Positions 61,852 to 64,000 of a stretch of 64,000 bases of DNA are shown here, one piece after another. The position numbers were made by a program, and so were the translations under genes. Within the stretch, counting starts at the first letter, position 1. Every line of letters begins with the position of its first letter. The notes beneath the pieces were generated by a model. The model saw nothing but the letters and a program-made list of their open reading frames with translations. It did not search any database and was not told the DNA's origin. The DNA lies in contig CM121341.1 in assembly GCA_051530055.1 (NCBI GenBank), positions 16,098,784 through 16,162,783 of the forward strand, written 5' to 3'. This DNA is from Neoechinorhynchus agilis (Eukaryota; Animalia; Acanthocephala).

Positions 61852-62661
61852 ATGTACAATAATTTCCCAAGTTGCTCTTCGAGCATTCAAAACTCACGCG
61901 ATACTGATATAAATGCCAAAAGCAACCAAAATTCAAACCAATTTAATCCAAATATTTATTATGAATATGCGACTGAAAAATACTTTTATCCAAATAATAT
62001 TGAACAATATTACACTCTTTCCACACAAAAAAAATCAGAAAATAATTCCAATAGAAACGAATTTTCACAAAATCAAGAAAATTCACACGTACATCTATCA
62101 AAGCCTATTGAACAGCGTAACAACAATTTTGGACAAATTCAACAAAATTATTATCAACAACAGGAGAATGATTTGCAATGTTCAATCAACAGTTGTCCTC
62201 AAATAGAGCATGGGAATGAAGTACAATATGATCCGCGTTACAATTATTGGCAAGAGCTTCCAAATGTAATAGTAGAGGGTAGTGCAATGAATATTGAAAA
62301 TCATTATATGCAAGTCCACAAATCACAACAAAGTCGACAGATTATGAATGAGCTAACAGTGCCAATAGGAATAATATCCTATAATGAAATTGATGCCGAA
62401 AATTTATCAATCGGGCATCAGGAAGTGTCAGTGGAACAGCTACAAATCACCACTCAAGGAAGAGAAAAACGCCCTCGAAAATGGACAAGGCACAATTTCT
62501 CAAAAGACGAAAAGGAGGCTCTTGAAGCTGCATTTCAAAAAACCCATCGGCCAAGTGACGAACAAATGAATGCAATTGCTTTTTCCTATAGATTAAGATT
62601 CAACTCCGTCAAGTTCTTTTTTCAAAATAGGAGAACAAAATTAAAAAAAGAAAGGCACTAA
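61852..62661 (+). CDS. Divergent intronless homeobox protein (Q50) with Q/N-rich N-terminus
   Basis: C-terminal RKWTRHNFSKDEKEALEAAFQKTHRPSDEQMNAIAFSYRLRFNSVKFFFQNRRTKLKK: R5, F8, L16, F20, P26, L40, F49, N51, R53 conserved; W48 replaced by F. Confidence 0.85.
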   Translation: MYNNFPSCSSSIQNSRDTDINAKSNQNSNQFNPNIYYEYATEKYFYPNNIEQYYTLSTQKKSENNSNRNEFSQNQENSHVHLSKPIEQRNNNFGQIQQNYYQQQENDLQCSINSCPQIEHGNEVQYDPRYNYWQELPNVIVEGSAMNIENHYMQVHKSQQSRQIMNELTVPIGIISYNEIDAENLSIGHQEVSVEQLQITTQGREKRPRKWTRHNFSKDEKEALEAAFQKTHRPSDEQMNAIAFSYRLRFNSVKFFFQNRRTKLKKERH

Positions 62662-64000
62662 TGAATATATTCCGCAAAAGCAAAAAATATTTACAAAATT
62701 AATAAAAAAAATCATTTTTGAAAATCCATCAGACCGAAGTAAGAAACAACGTGAAGTGCGCCTAAGAGATAATCAATCGTTTATCATAAATGTATATTTT
62801 ATTAATATTTACTACATGTATCCAAACTTCAAAGCTCTAAGACTTTTAAAAAAGTCCTTGAGATTGACAGTACTGACAGGTAATAAATTTTATCGTGCTG
62901 ATTAGCTTTAAATTTGAAATAACATAGCATTTTATAGACGTTTTTAATCTGTAAATTAAAAAGTCAAAATCTTAATTTAATTAAAAAAAGAATTTCAATT
63001 TAAAGCATTATTAGAAGAAATAACAAGAATAGCTTTCGTTTATTTCAACTTTGTTTTTTAGATATTCTTTTAAATGAACTATGACCGGCAGAACAATAAA
63101 TATTCGTTAATATTTTTGAAACCCTAAACCATACACATGGTAGTTTAACATTTCAAGTGTAATAAAAGGGTTTAAAATAAGTATGGTAAAATAATTTTTT
63201 GACTTATGAAAACCCGTATAATTTTATGAAAAATAGGAATTGCGACCGGTTTAAAAATCTTTATATAAGAAGCGAATAAGTAAAGATCGAGCAATCCATG
63301 ACGTCGACAATAATCTTTTAAGATACTTTTAATAGGATTGTCGCAATTATATTTTTTTGTCGTAAGAGCTATCAAATTAAAATCTAATCAGATCTTTTAG
63401 AACGTAAATCATTGTCACCACCGAAAGTAAAGTCATCATTTTTCGATACTTGCATTTAATCAAACAAAATTTTCAAGAATAAAATTAGTTATGACTGTGA
63501 GAATATGGTTTACAACATCGTAATCAATGGCATTTTTATTGTCCGAAGGTAGATGCCAGACTTCAGGAAAGGGAATCGATATCAGATGAACAACAGGAAC
63601 GCCTATATGGAGCCGTGAGAATATGATAAAAAGTAAATTTGGAGCACAAAACTACACCGAAATTCAAGGTTTTTGCAACATTATACGTTGTAAAAAACTA
63701 GCCTCTCTTAAACAAAGCAATAGCCTAAACGGACAAAGACTAGCCTCTTTCGACAAATGGTTGATGATCATCTCCAATAATTCCATTTCGTTTGAATGTT
63801 CATCGATTCCACCAACCCATAAACATTCAAACTGGCTAATTTACAGAAGATGTGAAGTGACCACAACTCATGGCAGGCCGAGTCAGTCCTTGTGATATTA
63901 CTTTTTTCTCCATTTCTATTAATCCCGGATATATACCAAGGTTTTCAAGACGAGAATCACGGAATGTCGTAAAGCGATGACCAATCAAATCAAGTAAAAT

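Noticed and set aside
1-64000. Stop-codon reassignment or readthrough to explain in-frame stops next to conserved motifs
   Set aside because: Long host exons are stop-free and end normally; the stops fall in plausible GT-AG introns or in decayed retroelements.
1-64000. CRISPR array, rRNA, snRNA or SL RNA genes
   Set aside because: No regularly spaced repeats or recognisable signatures seen; eukaryotic DNA.
63560-64000. Possible TE-derived ORF remnant at the window end
   Set aside because: No diagnostic motif recognised.

Overview
AT-rich eukaryotic (metazoan, compact-genome invertebrate-like) genomic DNA with mostly short (about 43-50 nt) GT-AG introns and highly diverged proteins; I cannot name the organism. 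Host genes I can support: E(z)/EZH histone methyltransferase, a minimal SMAP-type ArfGAP (absent from the ORF track), an RGS22-like multi-RGS protein, a small PPxY membrane protein, a GH20 beta-N-acetylhexosaminidase, Meis/homothorax, an LC8-type dynein light chain, tRNA-Leu(UAA), TMEM63/OSCA, RPB4, a divergent homeobox gene, a duplicated orphan ORF and two or three unidentified spliced genes. Between them lie decayed retroelements of three kinds: Penelope-like elements (PLE, GIY-YIG), CRE-type non-LTR elements (restriction-like endonuclease) and CR1/L2-type LINEs (APE+RT), often fused end to end. The main unannotated signal is RNA structure. About ten hammerhead-ribozyme (HHR) motifs with covarying stems are scattered through the window, several inside inverted-repeat hairpins. 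One at 50289-50357 (minus strand) has a complete hammerhead core in a non-circularly permuted strand order. All alignments, folds and exon models were done by eye; coordinates of degenerate elements are approximate.
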